Shown here piece by piece: positions 18,610-27,605 of a stretch of 58,236 nt of DNA. The position numbers and the translations under genes are program-made. Origin of the DNA: Candidatus Micrarchaeota archaeon. Lineage in GTDB: Archaea; Micrarchaeota; Micrarchaeia; Micrarchaeales; CABMGC01. The notes below the pieces were generated by a model, which did no database searches, was not told where the DNA came from, and saw nothing but the letters and a program-made list of their open reading frames with translations. The stretch lies in assembly GCA_021791725.1 (NCBI GenBank), contig JAJYVZ010000001.1:1-58236 (forward strand), written 5' to 3'. The stretch's first letter is position 1; every line of letters begins with the position of its first letter.

Positions 18610-18966
18610 TCAGAATTCCTCCTCAGAATTGCCAGCTTCTTCCTCCTCACTGCCAAGCGATTCGCTCGATTCCCCCTTGCCTATAACCTCGACCTTGCCG
18701 AACTTGCCTGTCGAGAGCTGCGGCGATCCGCGGAATTCCCCGACATATGCATTGGAGACCCTTACCTTATCGCCGACATTGACAGTGTCTATGTCGTTGC
18801 CCCACAAGGACATCGCTATGCTACCGCTCTGGTCCTTAAGGGTTATGTTGCAAACGTTAAGCCTCTTTCCGTACTTTGTCACTACCTCTCGTGGCTCTGC
18901 CTTCTCAGATACTACCGCCTCTACAGTGACGTTAGAAGCGCCTGCCTTTAACTCGCTTATATTCAT
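18610..18966 (-). CDS. ssb: Single OB-fold ssDNA-binding protein with acidic C-terminal tail
   Basis: VTVEAVVSEKAEPREV...NITLKDQSGSIAMSLWGNDID...GDKVRVSNAYVGEFRG OB-fold pattern. The tail reads SEEEEAGNSEEEF. Confidence 0.7.
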   Translation of the reverse strand: MNISELKAGASNVTVEAVVSEKAEPREVVTKYGKRLNVCNITLKDQSGSIAMSLWGNDIDTVNVGDKVRVSNAYVGEFRGSPQLSTGKFGKVEVIGKGESSESLGSEEEEAGNSEEEF

Positions 18967-19084
18967 TTTTTCACCTAAGATTCAGACTATTAAATTAAGG
19001 TATCTATAAAATAACAAATTATATATACGTTTTGGCAGTTGACTACTCAAGGGAAAATGGCGCTTTTGTGGATAATGTGATTTG

Positions 19085-19906
19085 ATGGCTGAAACTTTGA
19101 AGACGAGGAACGAGGAAGAGAAGGTCGAGCTCAAGCCAGGAATGCACCCGTCGTATCTGAACATACTCATACAGAAGAGGGAGATAAAAGAGAAGACCGT
19201 AGGCATAAAGCACAGGATAGGCGTATACAGCGCAAAGGGCGGCGTGGGCAAGACTACGGTTGCGGTGAACCTTGCCTATGCCCTGAAGGGCATGGGCCTG
19301 AAGGTAGGCCTTCTTGACGCCGACATAGACTGCCCCAACATTCCTTTCTTCCTGGGAATGAACAATGTGGTTCCTCAGGATTATCCAATAATCCCCGTCG
19401 AAAAGGACGGGCTCAAGATAGTATCCACTGGAATGTTCCTTGAGGATAAAGAGAAGCCGATAATCTGGCGCGGGCCGATGAAGTCAAAGATGCTTAGGGA
19501 GTTCTTCGAGAACACAAGCTGGGGGGAGCTTGACTATATAATCATAGACCTCCCTCCAGGCACCTCTGACACGCCCCTGTCCCTTATGCAATTGCTCTCG
19601 CTTGACGGGATAATATTAGTAACAACGCCGCAGACCATAGCCGCAAAGAACGCCATAAGATCCGGAATGATGGCCAAGAGGATGAACGTTTCTATACTTG
19701 GAATAGTAGAGACGATGTCCGGCGCGGGGCTAAAAGGGGCGAAGGATGCGGCCGAGAAGCTTAATACTGCTGTCTTGGGTTCAATAAGATACAGCGAGAA
19801 ATTCGACGCTTTGAGCGATTCTGGAAAGGTGCCTTTCATTGAGGATAAAGAGATAAGGGATGCATTCACAGACATAGCCAAGAAGATTGATTCACGCCTC
19901 AAGTAA
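19085..19906 (+). CDS. Mrp/NBP35 (ApbC) family Fe-S cluster carrier ATPase
   Basis: IGVYSAKGGVGKTTVAVNLA deviant Walker A, and DYIIIDLPPGTSD. Confidence 0.85.
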   Translation: MAETLKTRNEEEKVELKPGMHPSYLNILIQKREIKEKTVGIKHRIGVYSAKGGVGKTTVAVNLAYALKGMGLKVGLLDADIDCPNIPFFLGMNNVVPQDYPIIPVEKDGLKIVSTGMFLEDKEKPIIWRGPMKSKMLREFFENTSWGELDYIIIDLPPGTSDTPLSLMQLLSLDGIILVTTPQTIAAKNAIRSGMMAKRMNVSILGIVETMSGAGLKGAKDAAEKLNTAVLGSIRYSEKFDALSDSGKVPFIEDKEIRDAFTDIAKKIDSRLK

Positions 19907-19963
19907 GATTATTTTTTATATGTTTATCTCCTCTTATTATCCTTTATTCTTCTGGGGGCTACT

Positions 19964-21196
19964 ATGCAGGATCAAGAACCGTTCGCAAAACTGATGGAGG
20001 AATCAAACATATTCTTGGACAGGTCCGCACTTTCTCCCCATTTTACCCCGGACACGCTGCTGTACAGGGACAAACAGATAAACAGCATAGTCAAGGCGCT
20101 CACCCCGTCGCTCAAGGGCGACAAGGGAAGGAACCTGTTCCTGTACGGCGCTCCAGGCACAGGAAAGACATCGTGCATAAAGTACGTCATTGACAAGGTT
20201 AAGGTACTGCCCCTTGTCAAATCGAAGATATCCTACATGGGCTGCAAGATATACAACTCAAGGTACAAGGTATTGAACAAGATAATGAGCGACCACATGC
20301 CGACATACGCGAAGAGGGGATATGGCATAACAGACATCTACGAGAAGCTGATATCTTGGATAGATCAGGACTCCAAGATACTGATAGTCGTGCTTGACGA
20401 GATCGACATGGTCAAGGACCTGGACGATCTAATATATACGCTGACTAGGTCGAACAGCGACGTCAAGTCAGGCGGCATAACCACCGTTGGGATATCAAAC
20501 AACGTATCGTTCAAGGAGGTGCTGGATCCGAGAAGTCTCTCAACGCTCTATGAGACTGAGCTTGCATTTCCACCCTACAACTCTACTGAGCTCTCAGACA
20601 TAATACGGCAGAGGGCCAAGAAGGCGCTGAAGGAAGGCGCCATAGACATAGCAGCGATAAATTATGCGGCTGCAATAGCCGCAAAGGAGAACGGCGACGC
20701 GCGCCTTGCGTTAAAGATGCTTACAAAAGCCGGAGAGAATGCCGAGGATGGGGGAAAGTCAAAAATAGAGATATCCGACATAAAGGAAGCGGCGAAGAGC
20801 ATCGAGAGCGATATAGCATACGACCTGGTCGCCATGCTGCCTGAGCACCAGAAACTCCTGCTTTATGCCATCTCCCTGCTGTCCATACAAGGCGGCAAGT
20901 ACAAGAAGCTGTCCGAGGAGGTGAACGGCACTTTCCTGCTTAGCGGCGAGGTGTACGAGAAATACGCAAGCATAGCATCTTCTCTGAAGAAGGAATCAAA
21001 GAGCTCCAGGTGGTACAGGAAGTACGTGTCTGACCTTGAGATGCAGGGATTGATCGAGATGATGAACTCCGGAAAGGGCATACGCGGGCAGACAAAGCTG
21101 ATCCGGCTTAGGTATCCGGCGGAGAAGATAAAAGCAACTATAGAACAGAGCCTCTTCAACGATTCGGAGCAGCCTTCCGACCAGGGCCAAGGATAG
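19964..21196 (+). CDS. cdc6: Orc1/Cdc6 replication initiator
   Basis: NLFLYGAPGTGKTS Walker A, VVLDEID Walker B, GDARLALKML sensor 2, and a C-terminal winged helix (LLLYAISLL...). Confidence 0.9.
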   Translation: MQDQEPFAKLMEESNIFLDRSALSPHFTPDTLLYRDKQINSIVKALTPSLKGDKGRNLFLYGAPGTGKTSCIKYVIDKVKVLPLVKSKISYMGCKIYNSRYKVLNKIMSDHMPTYAKRGYGITDIYEKLISWIDQDSKILIVVLDEIDMVKDLDDLIYTLTRSNSDVKSGGITTVGISNNVSFKEVLDPRSLSTLYETELAFPPYNSTELSDIIRQRAKKALKEGAIDIAAINYAAAIAAKENGDARLALKMLTKAGENAEDGGKSKIEISDIKEAAKSIESDIAYDLVAMLPEHQKLLLYAISLLSIQGGKYKKLSEEVNGTFLLSGEVYEKYASIASSLKKESKSSRWYRKYVSDLEMQGLIEMMNSGKGIRGQTKLIRLRYPAEKIKATIEQSLFNDSEQPSDQGQG

Positions 21197-21201
21197 ATTC
21201 G

Positions 21202-21720
21202 ATGGAGTCCTTTGACATAATAAGAACAAAGCCCAGCGACAAGAAGGCGCTTGCCAGGCTCCTTGGTTTCAAGAAGATCCTTGTCGAAGGAGAGGATATG
21301 GAAATAACGGAAAGGCACGAAGACGTTCAAGGTGCCAGGGGCGCCATAAGAATAGCAAAAGGCAGCCAGTCCGCGCTTCCATCCCTGATCAAAGAGGGGA
21401 GCATAGCTGGCGCAATCCTAGACGGCCTGGAGATCGACAAGAAGCTTATGCTGGCAATGAAGGATGACAACAAGATACTCATACTCAACGCATCCTCTCT
21501 CACGACATCCGCAAAGCCCCAGAGAATACACGCCTTCTTCAAGATGCGCAACATAGTCTCTTACGCCATGAGGATAAAATGCAAGGTTGCGCTCGCATCG
21601 CTGGCGGAGAGCGAGGAAGAACTGGTATCATCGATGCAGCTGCTCGAGATCGCCAACATGCTCTGCAGGAACGAGGCATACGCGAGGAAGATGATCTCCG
21701 CGCTTGGTGAAATCATATGA
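21202..21720 (+). CDS. rnp3: RNase P protein component 3 (Rpp30-like), short form
   Basis: The C-terminal pattern KVALASLAESEEELVSSMQLLEIANML...ISALGEII resembles archaeal Rpp30. It overlaps a Pop5 gene by ATGA, the usual Rpp30-Pop5 pairing. Confidence 0.6.
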   Translation: MESFDIIRTKPSDKKALARLLGFKKILVEGEDMEITERHEDVQGARGAIRIAKGSQSALPSLIKEGSIAGAILDGLEIDKKLMLAMKDDNKILILNASSLTTSAKPQRIHAFFKMRNIVSYAMRIKCKVALASLAESEEELVSSMQLLEIANMLCRNEAYARKMISALGEII

Positions 21721-22064
21721 TAACAAGGAGGAAGAGCAGATACGTGTTGATAAGGTCGTCTGAGCCGCTGGACATGAACTCCAAGGCAGATTTCGGGTCT
21801 TTCAGGAACTGTATGAAAGATTTCATGGGCGAGAGGGCATACGTATCCGCATCGATGCAGATGGCAAGGCAGACTGCGGCAAACACATTCATAATAAGGG
21901 TGAACAGGGGAACGGAGAGGGACGCGATGCTTGCCACGGCATTCATCAAAGAGCTTAACGGCAGGAAGCTGGGGCTGCTTACCCTGAGAATGTCCGGTTC
22001 GATCAACGCCCTGATGACATTCCAAAACCAGCGTGATGCAAACGGGGCATTGACGAAGCCATGA
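21717..22064 (+). CDS. rnp2: RNase P protein component 2 (Pop5-like)
   Basis: KSRYVLIRS..., FMGERAYVSAS, TFIIRVNRGTERDAMLATAFIKELNG and LRMSGSINAL match the Pop5 pattern. Confidence 0.65.
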   Translation: MITRRKSRYVLIRSSEPLDMNSKADFGSFRNCMKDFMGERAYVSASMQMARQTAANTFIIRVNRGTERDAMLATAFIKELNGRKLGLLTLRMSGSINALMTFQNQRDANGALTKP

Positions 22065-22104
22065 GTAAAATATATATACAAAGAAACCGTATAAAATTGA
22101 TCAT

Positions 22105-22575
22105 ATGGCAAGGACGCACAACAAGGTAGGAACGTCTGGCGCACACTTAGACGACTGGACCGTGAGAAACAAGATCATAGGCAATGAGAAGCCTTCAAAA
22201 AAATACATACTAAGGTTTATGGCAAAATGCAGCCCAGACAAGCTAGAGACCCTGCTCTGGAGCAGGGAACTGCCAAAAGAGGCATTCGACGAAGCGCTAA
22301 AACACAAGGACTGGAGGGTGCGCGCAGCGGCTGCAAGGAGCACGGGAGCCACAGAAGAGCAGAAGCTAAGGGCGCTTGATGATCCCGATCCTAAGGTCAG
22401 GAAGGCGGCTTTGGAGAACGGCAGTATGTGCGAGGACGTGCTGAAGAAGGCAATGCGCGATCCTAATTTCGATGTTAAGATGGCTGCATCAGAAATTACC
22501 ATAGACGCAGACGAATATTTCGAACTTCTCTCCAACAGCGAAATCTGTACAGGCAGAAGAAAAAAGGACTTCTAG
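22105..22575 (+). CDS. HEAT-repeat (PBS-lyase-type) protein
   Basis: Repeated D(W/P)xVRxAAA units: KDWRVRAAAARS, DPDPKVRKAALEN and DPNFDVKMAASE. Confidence 0.6.
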   Translation: MARTHNKVGTSGAHLDDWTVRNKIIGNEKPSKKYILRFMAKCSPDKLETLLWSRELPKEAFDEALKHKDWRVRAAAARSTGATEEQKLRALDDPDPKVRKAALENGSMCEDVLKKAMRDPNFDVKMAASEITIDADEYFELLSNSEICTGRRKKDF

Positions 22576-22652
22576 ACTGACCATTTATAAAGTTTCCGCC
22601 AGCACGGGGCAATCCTTTTATACGGACAAAAGCATAGTTACAATGTGATGAA

Positions 22653-23303
22653 ATGAACGTGCAGAAGCAAACCGCGCAATTCAGGGAGGTAAAAAGCACA
22701 GGGACATTCGTACGCGAATTCCATGCAAGCAAGGCCACTGGGGTATTCATATACCAGAATGAAAAAATTAGATTCCTAGCAAACCGCGCCGAATCCATGT
22801 CGCTTCTGAAGCAGAACGGACTCAGGGCATTGACCCACCAGGAGGCGCTCATACTCATTGACCAGAATCCAGAACTTGATAGGCAACTGTATACAGAGCG
22901 TTTCTGGCTTGCTGACGAAGGCTCTGAATTGTCAGGATACTACACATTCAACGAGAAGGGAAAACTCACAGAAGGAAAAGGAGACCCAAAGATTACCGTT
23001 TATGTTCTTAAAGGTTCACAGCCGATGATGATGCAAGTGATGGGGGGTGCTAATGAACATTACTTCATCGATACCCATAACGACCCGTCGTGGGATGCGT
23101 CGGTGGTGGTTGGGGTTAAAGACGACTTCGCCATCGCGCCTAAAACCGAGGAGAAAGCTAACATAATCGGAATCACGGCTGAGCAGCTATTTGAACTTCG
23201 AAGAGATTCAATCCAAGAATTGTCGGAAGCCCAAAATATCCTTGGTTCTAATAGCCTTCAAAAGACGATAAGACTGATCGAAGCGTTGAGAGCAAGGGAA
23301 TGA
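22653..23303 (+). CDS. Hypothetical protein (216 aa)
   Basis: ORF with coding-like composition. No recognisable motif. Confidence 0.45.
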   Translation: MNVQKQTAQFREVKSTGTFVREFHASKATGVFIYQNEKIRFLANRAESMSLLKQNGLRALTHQEALILIDQNPELDRQLYTERFWLADEGSELSGYYTFNEKGKLTEGKGDPKITVYVLKGSQPMMMQVMGGANEHYFIDTHNDPSWDASVVVGVKDDFAIAPKTEEKANIIGITAEQLFELRRDSIQELSEAQNILGSNSLQKTIRLIEALRARE

Positions 23304-23384
23304 AACGCATCGTCCTTTCTGCCTAGGTTGCGGATTGCTGGCCATTGCCACCAAGACGATGGACATTCGACTCTAAAGAGAATT

Positions 23385-23506
23385 CGCCAAGGATGGGATT
23401 TGAACCCATAATCCCCGAAGGGACCGGTTTGCTTGTCGCATCATCTATAAATCAGCTCTTGAAATAAACTCAAGACCGGCGCAATACCAGATTATGCAAC
23501 CTTGGC
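23385..23506 (-). tRNA. tRNA-Ser (anticodon UGA) with an approximately 39-nt intron at the canonical 37/38 position
   Basis: Cloverleaf read by eye. Acceptor stem is GCCAAGG/CCTTGGC. The anticodon arm is CCGGT-CTTGAG[intron]A-ACCGG. The long variable arm is TCCCTTCGGGGA and the T arm is ATGGG-TTCAAAT-CCCAT. Intron segment CAAG can pair with the anticodon-loop CTTG (BHB-like). CCA is not encoded. Confidence 0.85.
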
Positions 23507-23544
23507 AGTTACAAGTAGTAAGAAGCCGCAATAAAATAAAAACA

Positions 23545-25068
23545 TTACTTCGCCGTGGCATTCGCGGACGCATACGAGAGATTGTCTCCACTCACGCCTA
23601 TATCGTATGTCTGGTTCTGTATCAACACCACGGCCACCTGACCCATGCCTCTTCCTATACGTATGCCTTCTGTGCCAACGAAGTCAAACATTGCAGATTC
23701 TCCCGGGGTGAGCGCATATCCGCTGTTCTCCAGATCCGAGGCCTCGGTAAACGGGAGGGAAAGCATGCCGGTATTCGATACGAAGAAATTCAGCGATCCG
23801 TGGAAATCGTGCTGGAATGCCTCGCTTTCGCCGACAATCTGCCTAAATTCCGCGCCAGAGTCGTTTGACATGTGCGTATCCTCGGCTATAGTTGCATTTA
23901 GCCTGCCGTTAAGTATGCTTTCGAGCATGCGCATGCGCTGGCCTGGGCTTAGGCCGCTCTGCCCGATAACCGCAGCTGCCTTGCCTGAAGATGACGCTAT
24001 CGATCCCAGACTGATGTTGAAAAGCGTAAGGTTAAACCTGCCTCCCATATGTTCGGCTATCTGCCCTCCTAGGGAACCTCCTGCTCCCAGACCCGTGCCC
24101 AACTCATTGCCCACAGCAACGCCTATTTGCGTGACATTGCTAGCTATGGCGTTCGAATTTATGCTGTTTATGAGGTAATTTTCCCCCTCAGTTATTCCTC
24201 CAAGCTCGCTTCCGAGTACGCCTGGCGGAACCGCCACTGAATCTATTCCTCTGCCTGCATTCGGAAGCCTGCGCAATCCTGCAATCTCCCTCATATTCCC
24301 AATAACCATCACGTGCCTTAATGTAACTGATCTGTTGCCAGTGTCGGTGACGGTCAAGGATATGCTGGTTACGTTGCCATTAACAGAGAGCTGCGCATTT
24401 GATATAGAGATATTCGCGATTCCCTCTTGCAATCTATCCCTGATATGCGCAACCATTGACATTCTGCCCCCAATCATAGTTGAGATGCCGGCATCTGAAA
24501 GATTGCCTATTGCCACGGCCCTTGCAGACGGAATCATTAGAAAAGCCGTCTGGTTTGGCCCATAAACTTGTATGACAGTTGGCATCAAATCTATAAGTAC
24601 GCCACTGCTATTCCGTGCAACCTCGTCTAGTTTTATCATGATACTATTGCCGGGAACGCCGACGTTATATGTAGAATTGCCCATAGTTATCCTTGCCGAA
24701 GTTATATTGAATCTTACCAGGTCGAAACCTGTGCTGGTATTTATGGCGGATGCAGCTATAGTATCAGTAACGTTGGTCAGGTTCATCAGGTTCACGCTTC
24801 CGCTGGCATTGAGATTAACAAACCCCCCGTTCCCCGAACTTCCTGCCCGGTGAACCTGCACTCCAGAGTAGTAGATTACCAGCGCCGTAGTGCCTGGAGG
24901 GACCTGTGGCGGATCCGTCAATGCAACTGCAAAGTTTGGGGCGGCAGGCCCTGCTGGCTGCTGCACGGCATCTCCCCCCGAATTCAAGATAGCATACGAC
25001 GCTACGAGTATAATCACAAGCGCTGCTAATGCACCTGCAATTATCCTAGTATTGGTTTTATCTGCCAT
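23545..25068 (-). CDS. Membrane-anchored extracellular protein, N-glycosylation-sequon rich (DUF4382-like N-terminal region)
   Basis: N-terminal TM segment IIAGALAALVIILVASYAIL is followed by ALTDPPQVPPGTTALVIYYSGVQVH. There are many N-x-S/T sequons. Confidence 0.6.
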   Translation of the reverse strand: MADKTNTRIIAGALAALVIILVASYAILNSGGDAVQQPAGPAAPNFAVALTDPPQVPPGTTALVIYYSGVQVHRAGSSGNGGFVNLNASGSVNLMNLTNVTDTIAASAINTSTGFDLVRFNITSARITMGNSTYNVGVPGNSIMIKLDEVARNSSGVLIDLMPTVIQVYGPNQTAFLMIPSARAVAIGNLSDAGISTMIGGRMSMVAHIRDRLQEGIANISISNAQLSVNGNVTSISLTVTDTGNRSVTLRHVMVIGNMREIAGLRRLPNAGRGIDSVAVPPGVLGSELGGITEGENYLINSINSNAIASNVTQIGVAVGNELGTGLGAGGSLGGQIAEHMGGRFNLTLFNISLGSIASSSGKAAAVIGQSGLSPGQRMRMLESILNGRLNATIAEDTHMSNDSGAEFRQIVGESEAFQHDFHGSLNFFVSNTGMLSLPFTEASDLENSGYALTPGESAMFDFVGTEGIRIGRGMGQVAVVLIQNQTYDIGVSGDNLSYASANATAK

Positions 25069-25175
25069 ACCTCGTTTAACCAGGACAACCCCTATAAATG
25101 CTCTGTCCCAAGGGTCCTAAGGGCCTGCAAAGGCCAATTGCACAGCTTTTTATTATTTTATCACTAAATCCCAGT

Positions 25176-25940
25176 ATGCCAGGAACAATGGGGAAGTCCT
25201 CGTCGTATTTGATATACGTAATATTGATTGTAGCAGTCATAGCTTATGGGGTGGCAGGAAGCATGATCATAAGCAAATTCAACGGGTTCAACATAAACAT
25301 TGGCAATCCTGTTACCGCACTTTACTTTACAATAAGCACAATATCCACCGTAGGATACGGCGACATAGTGCCTGTTACCGAAGTAGCAAGGATATTCGAC
25401 ATAATTCTTATACTCTCTGGCATTGCAGTATTCATAAGCGCACTGACGTTCCTGTCCGGGGAGTTCGTCAACGAGAGGGTAATAAATATGTCAGGAAGAA
25501 TCTCATCGCTGGAGAAGAGGAGGCTAAAAGACCACATAATACTCGTAGGCACTAACTCGATGAACATGTATCTTGCAGACATGTTCAGGTTGAAGAACCA
25601 GCGTTTCATCATAATAACAGCTGACAAGATAATGTATGACAGGTTGACAGACAACGGCTACAAGGTGTATGTTGCTGACGCGACAAGCGAGATGGACATG
25701 GCTGGATTCTCACTGGACAAGGCAAGGAGCATAGTCATAGACATGAGGGACAACTCCATGGCGGTATATGCCGCACTTGTCGCAAAGAAACTGTCAAAAG
25801 GCGCAAGGATAATAGTCGTGGCCCAGACCAGCGAGGTGGAGAAGCACCTGAGGGACATAGGCGTAGCGGAGTTCGAGGATATAATAAATCCCACCAGCAT
25901 AGTGGCTGACAGCATAAGCAAGAAGCTATTTAAGATCTGA
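25176..25940 (+). CDS. Potassium channel (2-TM pore) with C-terminal RCK/TrkA-N domain
   Basis: Selectivity filter TISTVGYGDIVP and Rossmann-like HIILVGTNSMNM. I use an internal ATG just downstream of an A/T-rich box; the track ORF starts at 25098. Confidence 0.85.
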   Translation: MPGTMGKSSSYLIYVILIVAVIAYGVAGSMIISKFNGFNINIGNPVTALYFTISTISTVGYGDIVPVTEVARIFDIILILSGIAVFISALTFLSGEFVNERVINMSGRISSLEKRRLKDHIILVGTNSMNMYLADMFRLKNQRFIIITADKIMYDRLTDNGYKVYVADATSEMDMAGFSLDKARSIVIDMRDNSMAVYAALVAKKLSKGARIIVVAQTSEVEKHLRDIGVAEFEDIINPTSIVADSISKKLFKI

Positions 25941-25963
25941 GATCATACCCCCTCCATTCTGAA

Positions 25964-26698
25964 TCAACCGATGTATTGGTCGAAGACGGCTTTGTACGTG
26001 TCTATGGTACCTATGTCGAACCATCTTCCCTCGTACACCACACCCTGCACTTCCTTCCTCTCAGCCAGCCATTTTATGAAGTAGCCTGGCGAATCCCTGT
26101 GGTTCTTGTCGTCGAGATAAGACTTTATGCTTCCCAGGTCTTTCCTGGGCAGCGCGTATATGCCTGTGCTTATAAGCGTTGATTCCGGATTTTCAGGTTT
26201 CTCCGCGAACTCGGTTATCCTGCCGTTCTCCACCCTGACAACGCCGAAGCGCCTTGCTTCATCCTTCGACTTTATGTCGTATAATCCTATCGTCGGTTTT
26301 CCAGATTCCCTGAAACTGCCATGGAGCTTTTTCATGTCGAAATCGTAGAGGTTGTCGCCGGCTATTATCATTAGGTCATCATCTATGCCTGCATTCTCGA
26401 TAACGTACTCTATTCCCCCTACGGCGCCGAGCTTCTCGCCGTCGTTTGTCGTAGGCTCCACAACGAGCCTAAGCTCCATACTGTTCTTGTACCCGGATCT
26501 TTCTACCCACAAGGCGAACTGATCGGCGAACTTCTTGTTTGCGGATATTGTTATTCTCTTTAGTCCGAGGCCGTTTATGCTTTCCATTATGTAGTCTAGT
26601 ATCGGCCTCCCGTTTACGGGCAGCAGCGGCTTTGGCACGAAATACGTTATCGGCTCAAGCCTTGTCGCAAATCCGCCGCAGAGTATTATCGCCTCCAT
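25964..26698 (-). CDS. Sugar-phosphate nucleotidyltransferase (glucose-1-phosphate thymidylyl/uridylyltransferase family)
   Basis: MEAIILCGGFATRLEPITYFVPKPLLPV signature. Confidence 0.85.
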   Translation of the reverse strand: MEAIILCGGFATRLEPITYFVPKPLLPVNGRPILDYIMESINGLGLKRITISANKKFADQFALWVERSGYKNSMELRLVVEPTTNDGEKLGAVGGIEYVIENAGIDDDLMIIAGDNLYDFDMKKLHGSFRESGKPTIGLYDIKSKDEARRFGVVRVENGRITEFAEKPENPESTLISTGIYALPRKDLGSIKSYLDDKNHRDSPGYFIKWLAERKEVQGVVYEGRWFDIGTIDTYKAVFDQYIG

Positions 26699-26764
26699 AA
26701 TCTCATTATTATTAATTTTTGATTTTATATATAAATAAGAAGATTAAAGATAATTCCTGTTTGC

Positions 26765-27103
26765 ATGAGAAGAGAATTGCTGGAGAAGAGGATCGCCCTC
26801 GAGAGGATAACGAAGCTGATTGAGCTGGCACTTGAAAGGTCAAAAGACAATACCGGAGCTTCCGAACTGCTGGGCAAAAGGTACGTTGCCCTTGCGAAGA
26901 AAATGAGCAGTCACTATAAAGTGAGCATACCAGAGCGTTTGGACGACCTGCTGTGCAAGAAGTGCGGCAACGCAATGGTTCCTGGGATAAACTGCACGGT
27001 GAGGGTATCTAGATCCGTGATGATTTATAGATGCAGATGCGGCAGGGAAAACAGGATGTTTCCAAAACGTGCTATTTCAGACCCAGCTTCTCGAGAAGCC
27101 TGA
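26765..27103 (+). CDS. rnp4: RNase P protein component 4 (Rpp21/Rpr2-like zinc ribbon)
   Basis: ALERITKLIELA..., GKRYVALAKKMS and CKKCGNAMVPGINCTVRV...YRCRCG zinc-ribbon pattern. Confidence 0.75.
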   Translation: MRRELLEKRIALERITKLIELALERSKDNTGASELLGKRYVALAKKMSSHYKVSIPERLDDLLCKKCGNAMVPGINCTVRVSRSVMIYRCRCGRENRMFPKRAISDPASREA

Positions 27104-27593
27104 TTGCCGCTTCCATGCTGTCGGAAGAGCCCCTAGCGGTTATTATTCCGTTGCTGCTCTCCACGCTGTTCCTTGTTATGACTCCGCTGTAAAGCCTTAT
27201 CATGTTCTCCACCTCTTTGTCAGCAGGCATGGCCATCTTGGCATCGCGTATTATGTTCGTCCGGGCTATTATCTTTACGGCGTTCCCTATTCCCAAGACC
27301 GGTTTCTTTTGGGAGAAGAAATCCCGTACGATGTCGAGCAGTGGCCTGTACTCGAACAGCCTGTGCTTGTCTACTCCTGGCCCATCTACGAGTATTATTG
27401 CGTCATAGTCCGCTGAACGTATACTCGACGCATTTATGTCCGGTTTGCAAACCGCTCCGTGATATCCCACGCATTCTGATGAGGAATAGCTGGATATGTC
27501 ATAATCCACTCCCCATTTCTTGAGCATGGAACGTATCGAAGCAAGGGTCTCGTCCTTGAATTCTTGTTTCGCTATAAATACTACGGCTTTCAT
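27072..27593 (-). CDS. DJ-1/PfpI-superfamily protein (nucleophile Cys apparently absent)
   Basis: KAVVFIAKQEFKDETL..., YDAIILVDGPG and KPVLGIGNAVKII, where the family normally has a Cys elbow. Confidence 0.65.
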   Translation of the reverse strand: MKAVVFIAKQEFKDETLASIRSMLKKWGVDYDISSYSSSECVGYHGAVCKPDINASSIRSADYDAIILVDGPGVDKHRLFEYRPLLDIVRDFFSQKKPVLGIGNAVKIIARTNIIRDAKMAMPADKEVENMIRLYSGVITRNSVESSNGIITARGSSDSMEAAIRLLEKLGLK

Positions 27594-27605
27594 GCAAATC
27601 TCCGC

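Noticed and set aside
18967-19963. A replication origin next to orc1/cdc6.
   Set aside because: The spacers are short (115 and 57 bp) and I found no repeated ORB or mini-ORB elements or long A/T-rich unwinding element. This cannot be excluded without whole-contig skew analysis.
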